NCBI GenBank assembly: GCA_039812605.1
Contig: JBDIAX010000017.1
Location: 847 to 64,846, forward strand
DNA length: 64,000 nt
Origin: Acidimicrobiia bacterium
Lineage (GTDB): Bacteria; Actinomycetota; Acidimicrobiia; Acidimicrobiales; Iamiaceae
Reading direction: 5' to 3'
Shown in pieces: positions 10,577 to 19,472 of the stretch. The notes under the pieces were generated by a model. The model saw only the letters and a list, made by a program, of their open reading frames with translations. It was not told where the DNA came from and did no database searches. How positions within the stretch are numbered: position 1 is the stretch's first letter; every line of letters begins with the position of its first letter. Both the position numbers and the translations under genes were made by a program.

Positions 10577-12523
10577 ATGGACGTGCAAGGCGGAACCCAG
10601 GGAGACGGCGAGCCACCTGTTGCTTCCCGGCTCGACCGAACGCTCGAAGCCCGGCTCGCAGGCGGGGCGAGCGCGGGACATCGCCCGGACCCTGCGCTCG
10701 TGGGCGAGCTGCTGGCGGCGTTCCCCGACGCCCCCGATCGGGTAGGTCCGCCCGCCGCAGGCACGCCGTACTCCCGCGTCCCGCTCCACCGCAGCGACCT
10801 GCTCGAGGTGATGGCCGCCCGCTGGGCCCCGAACGCCCGCTGCGCGCCCCACGACCACGGCGGCGCTAGCGGCTTCGTCGTGGCCGTCGACGGCACGTTC
10901 GTGGAGCGCCGGTTCCGGTGGCACGACGACGACCCCCTCGCCGGACCGGACCTCCACTGGAGCACGGGCGATGCCTTCGGGTTCGGACCCGAGGTGTTCC
11001 ACGACATGGTGGCCCCGGACGGAGGGGTCACGCTCCACGTCTACTCCCCCGCTCCTCGCCGCATGGCGGTCCTCGACCTCGGGACCTCCGAGGTGCTCGA
11101 CCTGGTGGGCGACTTCGGCGCCTGGATCCCGACGGGCGACCACCCACGGACGCCCTTCGCCCAATGGCCCGCGGTCAGCGAACCGCCACCTGGGGGCCGA
11201 GAGGTGGTGCTCGTGTCCTACACGACCACCTACCGAGGGGGTTCGGAGGAGTTCGCCGTCGCCGCCCGAACCCTCGCCCGGGACCGAGCTTGCGAGCTCG
11301 GGGACGAGGTGGAGGTCGTGACCCTCCCGCTCGTGCGCAAGGCCGAGCTGCGTGACGCGCTCGAAGGCCTCGGCGCCGACGGACGTCGTGTGCGCGAGCT
11401 GCACTTCGTTGGCCACTCGGGGATGTACGGGCCGATGTTCGGCTCGGTCCGCTGGCCCGAGCAGTTCTCCCCGCACGAGTGGCGGACGATGGCCATCCCG
11501 TTCGCGCATGGCGCCAGCGCCCACTTCCACGCGTGTCGGACCGGACGCTGGTTCGCGCCCTTCTTCGCTCGGACCTTCGGGGTCACCGCGTACGGCAACC
11601 AGAACTACACGACGGTCTCCGCCCGCCCTGACCGCTTCGAGTGGGCGGGCCGCAACCCCGCCGAGCGCGACGCGCTGTACCTCGTCGCCACCCCGGGACG
11701 GCGCTCGCACGGCGTCCTCGGATCGGCGCGCAAGTACGGCGGCGCGACGGTCGAGCCGATGATCGAGTGCACCCCCGACGCCACCGACCGCAGCTACGAC
11801 CGGGTGGCCGACCTGTACGACCGGGCCTACATCGACATCCGCGTCCGCGAAGCGGAGTGGGCATGGGTCCTCGACCGCGCCCGCACGCTCCGCGACGAGC
11901 TCGGCCGACCGCTGCGGATCGCGGAGGTGGGGTGCGGCAACGGCGCCATGCTGCGCGCGCTCGACGACGAGGGTCTCGTGGAGCAGGCCTGGGGCTTCGA
12001 CGCGTCCGAGGGGATGATCGGGCGAGCGGTGGATCGCAGTGGCGATCGGGACCGCCTCTCGTTCGCCACCATCGACGGACCGACGATCCCGCTCGACGAC
12101 GACCAGGTCGACGTCGTCGTCTCGTTCCTCTCGTTCCGCTACCTCGATTGGGACCCGTTGATGGTCGAGGTCCACCGAGCGCTCCCGCGACACGGTCGGC
12201 TGTGGGTCGTCGACATGGTCGAGAAGCCGGTCAGCTGGCGAGAGCTTCCGCTGCTCGCCCGCTCCGCGTGGGCGCACCGACAGGTGCCGCGGCGCCACCC
12301 GGAGTTCGCCCGGGACTTGGCGGCGCTCACGAGCCACCCGGACTGGAAGCACATGGTCCGCAACAACCCGATCCGCGCCGACCACGAGTACCGGTGGTAC
12401 CTCGAGAGTCGCTTCGCGCCGGCGCAACTCGAGTTGCTGACCACCACGCTCCACCAGCGGGTGGTGGCCTTCGACTCCGGACCGATCGACCACCGCGTCG
12501 CTGCGCCCCTCACGTTCCCGTGA
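10577..12523 (+). CDS. tri-domain protein: cysteine-dioxygenase-type cupin, unassigned middle module, class I SAM-dependent methyltransferase
   Basis: ORF of 648 aa with GAGGAGG before the ATG. Cupin: WAPNARCAPHDHGGASGFVVAVDGTFVERRF...EVFHDM. Middle module: ELHFVGHSGMYGPMFG...HFHACRTGRWF. Methyltransferase motif I: RIAEVGCGNGAML. Confidence 0.8.
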   Translation: MDVQGGTQGDGEPPVASRLDRTLEARLAGGASAGHRPDPALVGELLAAFPDAPDRVGPPAAGTPYSRVPLHRSDLLEVMAARWAPNARCAPHDHGGASGFVVAVDGTFVERRFRWHDDDPLAGPDLHWSTGDAFGFGPEVFHDMVAPDGGVTLHVYSPAPRRMAVLDLGTSEVLDLVGDFGAWIPTGDHPRTPFAQWPAVSEPPPGGREVVLVSYTTTYRGGSEEFAVAARTLARDRACELGDEVEVVTLPLVRKAELRDALEGLGADGRRVRELHFVGHSGMYGPMFGSVRWPEQFSPHEWRTMAIPFAHGASAHFHACRTGRWFAPFFARTFGVTAYGNQNYTTVSARPDRFEWAGRNPAERDALYLVATPGRRSHGVLGSARKYGGATVEPMIECTPDATDRSYDRVADLYDRAYIDIRVREAEWAWVLDRARTLRDELGRPLRIAEVGCGNGAMLRALDDEGLVEQAWGFDASEGMIGRAVDRSGDRDRLSFATIDGPTIPLDDDQVDVVVSFLSFRYLDWDPLMVEVHRALPRHGRLWVVDMVEKPVSWRELPLLARSAWAHRQVPRRHPEFARDLAALTSHPDWKHMVRNNPIRADHEYRWYLESRFAPAQLELLTTTLHQRVVAFDSGPIDHRVAAPLTFP

Positions 12524-13275
12524 GCCTGGCGCGCCTGGGCATCGTCGACTGGGGCATCGGCGGGATCGGCCTCGTCCAACGGCTCGACGCCGCCCGCCCC
12601 GACCTGCCGATCTCCTACTGGTCCGACACCGGCTTCGCCCCGTACGGCCTGGTGCGCTCGTCCGTGCTCCGCGCCCGCCTCGAGGCGATCGTGCACCGCC
12701 TCGCGCAGCGCGGCTGCACGGAGGTGGTGCTGGCGTGCAACGCGGCGAGCACCGTGGTCGACCGTCTGAGCACGCCGATCCCGGTCCGGGGGATCATCGC
12801 CAGCGGCATCTCCGCCGTCCCTCGCGACGCACTCGGCGTCGTCGGCGTGGTCGCGGGCGCCCGAACCGTCCGCTCCGGCGCCTACCGCCGAGGCCTCGCG
12901 GCACCCGGGCGCACCGTGCGGTCCCGGGTCGCGCAACCGCTCTCCGCCCACATCGAGGCGGGCCGCATCGGCACCCCTGCCTTCGTGGCCGACCTCCACG
13001 AGATCGTGCGCCCCCTTCGGGGAGCATCGGCGGTCGTGCTGGCGTGCACCCACTACCCCGCCGCCGCCGACGCGTTCGCCGCCGAGCTCCCCGACAGCGC
13101 GCTGATCGACCCCGCTCGCCACCTCGCCGACGAGCTGATCGCCGCGCTGCCGCGGGCAACCGCGCCCGGCGAGCGCGAGATCGCCACCACCGGCGACCGC
13201 ACGGCCATGCGGGACGCAGCTGCAGCCGCCTGGGGCTTCGACCTGGGCACGCCTGCGGCGGCGCACCTGCCGTGA
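12520..13275 (+). CDS. murI: glutamate/aspartate racemase family protein (MurI-like)
   Basis: GTG at 12520 overlaps the upstream stop (GTGA). IVDWGIGGIG; both catalytic-Cys motifs present (VVLACNAAS and VVLACTHYP). Confidence 0.7.
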   Translation: MSLARLGIVDWGIGGIGLVQRLDAARPDLPISYWSDTGFAPYGLVRSSVLRARLEAIVHRLAQRGCTEVVLACNAASTVVDRLSTPIPVRGIIASGISAVPRDALGVVGVVAGARTVRSGAYRRGLAAPGRTVRSRVAQPLSAHIEAGRIGTPAFVADLHEIVRPLRGASAVVLACTHYPAAADAFAAELPDSALIDPARHLADELIAALPRATAPGEREIATTGDRTAMRDAAAAAWGFDLGTPAAAHLP

Positions 13276-13282
13276 CCGGCCA

Positions 13283-13753
13283 TCAGGCGTCGGCAGCGGC
13301 CTCGATGGCGGCGATGTCGAGCTTCACCATGCCCATCACCGCGGCGTAGGCCTTGGGCCCGCGCACCGGGTCCTTCATCAGCTCCACGAAGCCCGTCGGC
13401 ACCACCTGCCACGACAGGCCGAAGCGGTCCTTCAGCCACCCGCACTGCACCTCGGCGCCGCCGTCGGCCGTGAGGCCATCCCAGTAGCGGTCGAGCTCGG
13501 CCTGGTCCGCGCACTCGATGACGAACGACACCGCTTCGGTGAAGGTGAACATCGGGCCCCCGTTGAGGGCCGTGAACGGCTCGCCGTCGAGCGTGAAGTC
13601 GACGGTGAGCACCGTGCCGGCCACCCCCTGCTCCGCCCCGTCCGGGTAGCGGGTCACGGCGTCGATCGACGAGTTGGGGAACAGCGAGACGTAGAACTCG
13701 GCTGCTTCCAGCGCGTCGTCGTCGAACCACAGGCTCGGGATGATGCGGGGCAT
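13283..13753 (-). CDS. VOC-superfamily protein, PhnB-like
   Basis: MPRIIPSLWFDDDALEAAEFYVSLFPNS...ALNGGPMFTFTEAVSF...CGWLKDRFGLSWQVVP. Confidence 0.85.
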   Translation of the reverse strand: MPRIIPSLWFDDDALEAAEFYVSLFPNSSIDAVTRYPDGAEQGVAGTVLTVDFTLDGEPFTALNGGPMFTFTEAVSFVIECADQAELDRYWDGLTADGGAEVQCGWLKDRFGLSWQVVPTGFVELMKDPVRGPKAYAAVMGMVKLDIAAIEAAADA

Positions 13754-13887
13754 GGCGGGTCTCCTTCGAGGTCTGGATCTGACCGGTCAGGGGGCAGACG
13801 ACGGCGACGGCCCGAAGTCATCGGCGGATCGCCGAACGGCCGGGCCCGAGCGGGGCGACGATACGTCGTCGCGTACGGTGCCGACCG

Positions 13888-14571
13888 ATGATCGACGTGG
13901 TGTTCCTCGACGCCGGGGGCGTGCTGGTGACCCCCGACCCCGAGCTGGTCCTGCGGCGCTTCGCCGCGGTCGGCATCGCCATCGAGGACCCCGGGCTCGT
14001 CTTCGCCGCCCACTACCACGGTGTTCGAGCGATCGACGACGCCCGAGCGGAGCCTGAGGTGTTCGACGACTACCACCTCGCGTACGCGCGCCACCTCGGG
14101 ATCGGAGGGGAGCAGCTGGCGGCGGCAGCCGGTGCCCTCGGGTCGCTGTGGGCGGAGTCGGGGCTGTGGCGCGACGTCGTCCCCGGCGCCGCGGAGGGGC
14201 TCGCCGCCATCGCGGCCACCGGCACCCCGATCGTCGTCGTCTCCAACGCCGACGGCACCGTCGACCAGCTCCTCGAGTCCACCGGGCTCCTGCAGGTGGG
14301 ACCGGGGCCCGGCACGGAGGTGGTCGCCATCGTGGACTCCGGCCGGGTGGGGGTCGCCAAGCCGGACCCGCAGATCTTCCACCTCGCCCTGGAGCTCGCG
14401 GGAACGACCGCAGACCGAGCCATCCACGTCGGCGACGCCTACCAGTACGACGTGCGCGGCGCCCGCGCTGCTGGGGTTCGCCCGTTGCTCGTCGACCCGT
14501 TCGACCTCCGTGGCGACGTCGACTGCGAGCGCATCACGACGCTCGCCCAGGTGGTCGACCACCTCGGCTGA
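13888..14571 (+). CDS. HAD-superfamily hydrolase
   Basis: MIDVVFLDAGGVLV (motif I), VVVSNADG, and HVGDAYQYDVRGARAAG (motif IV). Confidence 0.8.
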   Translation: MIDVVFLDAGGVLVTPDPELVLRRFAAVGIAIEDPGLVFAAHYHGVRAIDDARAEPEVFDDYHLAYARHLGIGGEQLAAAAGALGSLWAESGLWRDVVPGAAEGLAAIAATGTPIVVVSNADGTVDQLLESTGLLQVGPGPGTEVVAIVDSGRVGVAKPDPQIFHLALELAGTTADRAIHVGDAYQYDVRGARAAGVRPLLVDPFDLRGDVDCERITTLAQVVDHLG

Positions 14572-14585
14572 GCCCGCCGCACCCG

Positions 14586-15647
14586 TCAGCCCAGGCGGAT
14601 GGCGACCTCGTTGGCGAGGAGGCGCCCCTCCGGGGTGAGCACGACCCGGTCCCCTCGACGCACCACCAGCCCGTCGAGCTCGTCCACGAGGCCCTCGGGC
14701 ACCGCGTCGCCATCGACGCCGTGACGGGTGCGGATCGCGAGCTGCAGCCCCTCCAACCGACGCCCCTCCTCGTCGAGCTCCTCGGCACCCGCCTCGGGCG
14801 AGCGCCCTCCGACGATCGCGGCGAGGTACCGCTCGGGCGTCCGCACGTTCCAGTGCCGGCGACCGGCCCGGTGGCCGTGGGCCGCGCACCCGATGGCCAG
14901 GTACTCGCCGCCCGTCCAGTAGAGGAGGTTGTGACGGCACTCGTGGCCGGGCTTCGCCCAGTTCGAGATCTCGTACCACTCGTAGCCGGCATCGCCAAGC
15001 AGGCGGGTGGCCAGCTGGTACTCGTCGGCCTGGGTGTCGTCGTCGGGGTGCCGGGCCGGGTCGGCTGCCAGCGGCGTGCCGGGCTCGACGGTGAGCGCGT
15101 ACGCACTCACGTGGTGCGGTGCCAGGTCGATGGCGGCGCGCACGGTGGACTCCCAGCCCGCCAGGGTCTCGCCAGCCGCGCCGTACACGAGGTCGATGTT
15201 CACCGAGAGGCCGGCGGCCTGCGCCGCGCCGACGGCTCGCTCCACGTTCTCGGGCCGGTGCTCCCGTCCGAGGGTGGCCAGCACCTCGGGCTGCATCGAC
15301 TGCACACCGATCGACAGGCGGGTGACGCCACCCCGGGCGTAGCGAGCGGCGAGCTGCTCATCGAGGTCGTCGGGGTTGCACTCGATCGTGACCTCCGCCC
15401 CGTCGGCCAGCGGCGCCTCGGCCAGCACGTCGAGCAACGCACCGGCGTCGACGAGCGACGGAGTCCCGCCGCCGACGAAGACGCTGGTCACCGGCGGGAC
15501 ACCCCGTTCGACCTCGGCGGCGAGGTGACGCCGGCACGCGTCGAGGTAGGCCGACTGGAGGTGGTCGCGATCCGTCCAGGTCGCGAACGAGCAGTAGTCG
15601 CACCGCCGCCGACAGAACGGCACGTGCAGGTACACCCCGAACGCCAT
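14586..15647 (-). CDS. hemW: radical SAM heme chaperone HemW (HemN-like, oxygen-independent coproporphyrinogen oxidase family)
   Basis: MAFGVYLHVPFCRRRCDYCSFATW radical-SAM CxxxCxxC motif; 353 aa. Confidence 0.9.
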   Translation of the reverse strand: MAFGVYLHVPFCRRRCDYCSFATWTDRDHLQSAYLDACRRHLAAEVERGVPPVTSVFVGGGTPSLVDAGALLDVLAEAPLADGAEVTIECNPDDLDEQLAARYARGGVTRLSIGVQSMQPEVLATLGREHRPENVERAVGAAQAAGLSVNIDLVYGAAGETLAGWESTVRAAIDLAPHHVSAYALTVEPGTPLAADPARHPDDDTQADEYQLATRLLGDAGYEWYEISNWAKPGHECRHNLLYWTGGEYLAIGCAAHGHRAGRRHWNVRTPERYLAAIVGGRSPEAGAEELDEEGRRLEGLQLAIRTRHGVDGDAVPEGLVDELDGLVVRRGDRVVLTPEGRLLANEVAIRLG

Positions 15648-15828
15648 CGCCCGAGCGTACCGATCGGTCGGCGCGCCCCCGGCTGGCCGGACGCGCCCTG
15701 CCTCCTCCTCACCCGAGCTCCCCCGCCGGACCTCCCCACCGAACCGGCACGATCGGGGCCGCTGGGTGGGGAGGTGCCAGGTCGCCGACCGCGCTCTGCG
15801 TCGTGAGATCGGTCAGAAACCACGATCC

Positions 15829-15858
15829 GTGACAAAACCGCGTTCCGTGGGGTAGCAT
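15829..15858 (+). promoter_or_regulatory. candidate sigma-70-type promoter GTGACA-N18-TAGCAT for the XRE regulator gene
   Basis: Read directly, 53 nt upstream of the ATG at 15911. The same GTGACA-N18-TAnnnT layout occurs upstream of rpsT. Confidence 0.3.
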
Positions 15859-15910
15859 CTGCGCGCAGCGCGAAGCGTGCGCCCTGACGTCACCGAGCAG
15901 GAGAACCTCC

Positions 15911-16477
15911 ATGACGCCGCCGTCCGACAACGACCTCGATCCCGAGTCCACCGAGTACGCCCGCCGGGTGGGTGAGCGGCTGCGCGCGATCCGTCGCCAG
16001 AAGCGGCTCTCGCTCCAGGAGGCCGAGGAGCTGTCCGAGCAGGAGTTCAAGGCGTCGGTCCTCGGGGCCTACGAGCGCGGCGAGCGGGCCATCTCGGTTC
16101 CCCGGCTCCACCGCCTCGCCGCCGTCTACCAGGTCCCGGTCGACCAGCTGCTCCCCCGCGAGCCCGGCGACCCCCGCTCCGACGGTGCGTACCTCGACCT
16201 CACGGCGGCACCGGCACCAGCGCCGCGCAAGGTGATCATCGACCTCGGCCGCATCGACGACATCGGCGGTCCGACCGGCGAGATGCTGCGCCGCTACCTG
16301 GCGATGATCCAGGTCCAGCGCCAGGACTTCAACGGCCGGGTGCTCACCATCCGCCGAGATGACCTCCGGGCGATCGCGTGCATCCTCGACACCCCGCCCG
16401 ACCACGCCACCGAGCGGCTCGAGCAGCTCGGCCTGCTCTTCCAGAGCGCGCCGACGCTCACCAACGTCATCCGCTGA
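15911..16477 (+). CDS. XRE-family helix-turn-helix transcriptional regulator
   Basis: RVGERLRAIRRQKRLSLQEAEELSEQEFKASVLGAYERGERAISVPRLHRLAAVYQVPVDQLL; AGGAGA ribosome-binding site. Confidence 0.75.
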   Translation: MTPPSDNDLDPESTEYARRVGERLRAIRRQKRLSLQEAEELSEQEFKASVLGAYERGERAISVPRLHRLAAVYQVPVDQLLPREPGDPRSDGAYLDLTAAPAPAPRKVIIDLGRIDDIGGPTGEMLRRYLAMIQVQRQDFNGRVLTIRRDDLRAIACILDTPPDHATERLEQLGLLFQSAPTLTNVIR

Positions 16478-16495
16478 TCCCCGCCCACCCCACCA

Positions 16496-17182
16496 TCAGG
16501 GTCGTGCGGGCAGCACGAGCCCCGACCGCAGCGCGCTGAGCAGCGCCCCGGCGGCGATCGCGGCCGTCTCCGCGCGCAGCACGGTCGCGCCCGCGAGGCC
16601 GACCGTCGCCGGAGCCGCGGCCAGCTCGTCGGGAGCCCACCCGCCTTCGGGACCGACGAGCAGGAACGGCCGATCGAGCGAGGGCGCGCCACCCCCGGCT
16701 TCGGCGAGGGCCGCGCCGGGCGCGGCCACCGCCGTCGCGAAGTCGACCACGGGCGCCACCTCGGGCAGCCACCGCTGGTGGCACTGCATGGCGGCCTCCC
16801 TCGCCACCTTGACGAGTCGCTCGTGGGCCGCGCCGGCCTTGGCCGGGTCCCAGCGAACCACCGAGCGTGCCGCCACGAACGGCTGGATGCGATCGATGCC
16901 GAGCTCGGTGAGCTTCTGGACCACCAGCTCGGGCTTGGTGGCCTTCACGAGCGCGAAGCCCACGGCCACCGGTGGCGCCGGGCGCGGGAGGTGCTGCACG
17001 GGTCCGCTGGGCTCGGGGGAGTCGCCCGCGAAGCGCGCCTCGCGCCACGCACCCCGACCGTCGCCCACCACGATCGCCTCGCCGGGTCGGAGGCGCCGGA
17101 CCCGCGCCAGGTGGTGGTGATCGAAGTCGCTCAGGCGCGGCTCGTCGAGGTCCTCGACGAACACGAGCGGCCGGTGGGTCAC
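16496..17182 (-). CDS. rsmE: 16S rRNA (uracil1498-N3)-methyltransferase RsmE
   Basis: Tail of ORF 16496..17830, from GTG at 17182. VTHRPLVFVEDLD...KPELVVQKLTELGIDRIQPF...LLVGPEGGWAPDEL...LGATVLRAETAAIAA. Confidence 0.85.
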   Translation of the reverse strand: MTHRPLVFVEDLDEPRLSDFDHHHLARVRRLRPGEAIVVGDGRGAWREARFAGDSPEPSGPVQHLPRPAPPVAVGFALVKATKPELVVQKLTELGIDRIQPFVAARSVVRWDPAKAGAAHERLVKVAREAAMQCHQRWLPEVAPVVDFATAVAAPGAALAEAGGGAPSLDRPFLLVGPEGGWAPDELAAAPATVGLAGATVLRAETAAIAAGALLSALRSGLVLPARP

Positions 17183-17199
17183 GACGCTCGAGCCCGCCG

Positions 17200-18324
17200 T
17201 CAGTGGAAGGCCGACTTGATGCGGGAGAAGAAGCCGCGATCGGGCGGGGCGACGTCCTCCCCTCGACGGGCGGCGATCTGGCGCAGCGCCTCCTCGTCGT
17301 CGGCATCGAGCTCGGTGGGCACGTCGACCACGACCTGGACCCGAAGATCGCCTCGGCCTCGGCCCCGCACGTGCGGCACGCCACGGCCGCGCAGCCGGAA
17401 CTCCCGACCGGTCTGGGTGCCCCGAGGAACCACGAGGTCCTCGGCGCCGTCGAGCGTCTCGAACGAGATCGCCGCCCCGAGCGCCGCCTGCGTGAACGGC
17501 AGGTGCAAGAGGTGGACCAGGTCGTCGCCGTCGCGCGAGAAGCGCTGGTGGTGCTGGACCCGCACCTGGACGTAGAGGTCGCCCGCCGGGCCACCTCGGG
17601 GCCCGACCGCGCCGAACCCGCTCAACCGCAGGGTGGACCCGGTGTCGACGCCGGCGGGGATGTCGACGGTGTAGGTCTTCTCGGTGATCTCCCGCCCCTC
17701 GCCGTTGCAGGTGGGGCACGGCGCGGCGATCACCTCGCCGGCTCCCCGGCACACCGGGCACGGCGCGGCGGTCACCATCTGGCCAAGGATGGACTGTCGC
17801 ACCTGGCGCACCTGCCCGCTGCCCCCGCACTGCCCGCAGGACTCGGCATGGGTGCCGGGCTGCGCACCGGTGGCCTCGCAGGTCACGCAGGCGATCGCCG
17901 TGCGCACCGTGACCTCCTCCTGGCTGCCGAACACGGCGGACTCGAACGCGATGTCGACGACGGCCTCGAGGTCGGGACCGGCCGAGCGACCGGCTCGCGG
18001 CGAGGCCGTCGCACCCCCCATGCCGCCACCGCCGAAGAACGCTTCGAAGATGTCGCCGAGGCCGCCCGCGCCGGAGAAGCCCCCGAACGGGTCTCCCGCG
18101 GCGGGCCCATCGGCACCGAAGCGGTCGTAGTGGCGGCGACGGTCGTGGTCGCTCAGCACCTCGTAGGCGTTCGCGACCTCCTTGAAGCGCGCTTCGGCGA
18201 CCGGATCGTCGGGGTTGGCATCGGGGTGGTAGCGGCGGGCTTGCAGGCGATACGCCCGCTTGATCTCGTCGGTGGAGGCATCGCGCTCGATCTCGAGGAG
18301 CTCGTAGTAGTCGACGGTGGCCAT
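17200..18324 (-). CDS. dnaJ: molecular chaperone DnaJ
   Basis: MATVDYYELLEIERDASTDEIKRAYRLQARRYHPD J-domain, a G/F region, and four CxxCxG zinc-finger repeats. Confidence 0.95.
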   Translation of the reverse strand: MATVDYYELLEIERDASTDEIKRAYRLQARRYHPDANPDDPVAEARFKEVANAYEVLSDHDRRRHYDRFGADGPAAGDPFGGFSGAGGLGDIFEAFFGGGGMGGATASPRAGRSAGPDLEAVVDIAFESAVFGSQEEVTVRTAIACVTCEATGAQPGTHAESCGQCGGSGQVRQVRQSILGQMVTAAPCPVCRGAGEVIAAPCPTCNGEGREITEKTYTVDIPAGVDTGSTLRLSGFGAVGPRGGPAGDLYVQVRVQHHQRFSRDGDDLVHLLHLPFTQAALGAAISFETLDGAEDLVVPRGTQTGREFRLRGRGVPHVRGRGRGDLRVQVVVDVPTELDADDEEALRQIAARRGEDVAPPDRGFFSRIKSAFH

Positions 18325-19322
18325 CAGCCCTCGCTCAACCGATGTCCGAGGCGCTGACCCACCACGGCGACCGCGGCGAGCGCCTGGGGGTAGTTCATCC
18401 GAGACGGCCCGAGCACCCCGACCGTGCCCACCTGCTCGCCATCGACCGTGTAGGGCGCCACCACGAGCGCGCACTCCGCCAGCGGGACCATCCCGGTCTC
18501 GCTGCCGATGGCGACGTTGAGGCCGCGATCGACGACGTCTCGCAAGAGCGTGACGACCACGAGCTGCTGCTCGAGGATGGTGAGCACGGAGCGGACCGTC
18601 TCCACCGCCTCGAACGAGGCGGCCATGCGCGACGTCCCGTCGACGAAGACGTGGTCGGCGTCGTCGGCCAGGCCCGTCGCCAAGGCGGCACGCACCGCGG
18701 CGACGACGGCCTGCACCGGCGGCGGCTCGGCGCTGGCCACGCTGGCGCTCGCCGCCAGCGGCTGACCGACGAGGGCGCCGCTCAGGTGCTGGGCCGCCTG
18801 CGCGAGCACCGCCTCGTCGCACTCGACGGGCAGGTCGATGGTGCGCTTCTCCACGGCACCGTTGCCGAGGACCGCGACGAACAGCGCAACCGTGGGGGCG
18901 AGCGAGACGAGCTGCACCGCACGGACCTTCGCGGCCTCGTGCGGGGGCCCGACCACGACGGCCGCGTAGTCGGTGAGGCCGGCGAGCAGACGGGTGGTAT
19001 CGGCCAGCATGCGCTCGATCTCGCCGTGGGCCTGGTCGAAGAACGACCGCACCTGCTGCTGCGCGGTGCGATCGAGCGACGGCTCGGCCAGCGCGTCGAC
19101 GAACTCGCGGTACCCCTTCTCGGTGGGGATTCGTCCGGCGGAGGTGTGCGGTTGGGTCAGGTAGCCGTCGCCCTCGAGCGCGGCCATCTCGTTGCGAACG
19201 GTGGCCGACGAGACGTCGATCCCCGGCGCCTTGGCCACGTGGCCCGACCCCACCGGTTGCGCGGTCTGGATGTACTCCTCCACCACGGCGCGGAGGATCG
19301 ATGCCTTGCGCTCGTCGAGCAT
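18324..19322 (-). CDS. hrcA: heat-inducible transcription repressor HrcA
   Basis: MLDERKASILRAVVEEYIQTAQPVGSGHV... The stop overlaps the dnaJ ATG by 1 nt. Confidence 0.95.
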   Translation of the reverse strand: MLDERKASILRAVVEEYIQTAQPVGSGHVAKAPGIDVSSATVRNEMAALEGDGYLTQPHTSAGRIPTEKGYREFVDALAEPSLDRTAQQQVRSFFDQAHGEIERMLADTTRLLAGLTDYAAVVVGPPHEAAKVRAVQLVSLAPTVALFVAVLGNGAVEKRTIDLPVECDEAVLAQAAQHLSGALVGQPLAASASVASAEPPPVQAVVAAVRAALATGLADDADHVFVDGTSRMAASFEAVETVRSVLTILEQQLVVVTLLRDVVDRGLNVAIGSETGMVPLAECALVVAPYTVDGEQVGTVGVLGPSRMNYPQALAAVAVVGQRLGHRLSEG

Positions 19323-19381
19323 CGTCACCTCCGAGGGTGGGACGGACACGGACCGACGCCGGCGACCACGGCCGACCGGCG

Positions 19382-19408
19382 TTGGCACTCGATGCTACCG
19401 AGTGCCAA
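19382..19408. promoter_or_regulatory. CIRCE operator (HrcA binding site): TTGGCACTC-N9-GAGTGCCAA
   Basis: Perfect 9-bp inverted repeat with a 9-nt spacer, 60-86 nt upstream of hrcA. It matches the CIRCE consensus TTAGCACTC-N9-GAGTGCTAA except for the symmetric A-to-G change. Confidence 0.85.
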
Positions 19409-19472
19409 CGAGCGCTGGCACGCTTCGGTCAGCAAGGGGCGCGCGCCGGGCGCCTGCCGGGCGGATCGACCT

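Noticed and set aside
16496-18822. Long N-terminal extensions of the rsmE (444 aa) and dnaJ (540 aa) track ORFs
   Set aside because: The extensions overlap the upstream genes out of frame and are Arg/Gly-rich. The conserved N-termini (VTHRPLVF..., MATVDYYELL...) define the real starts.
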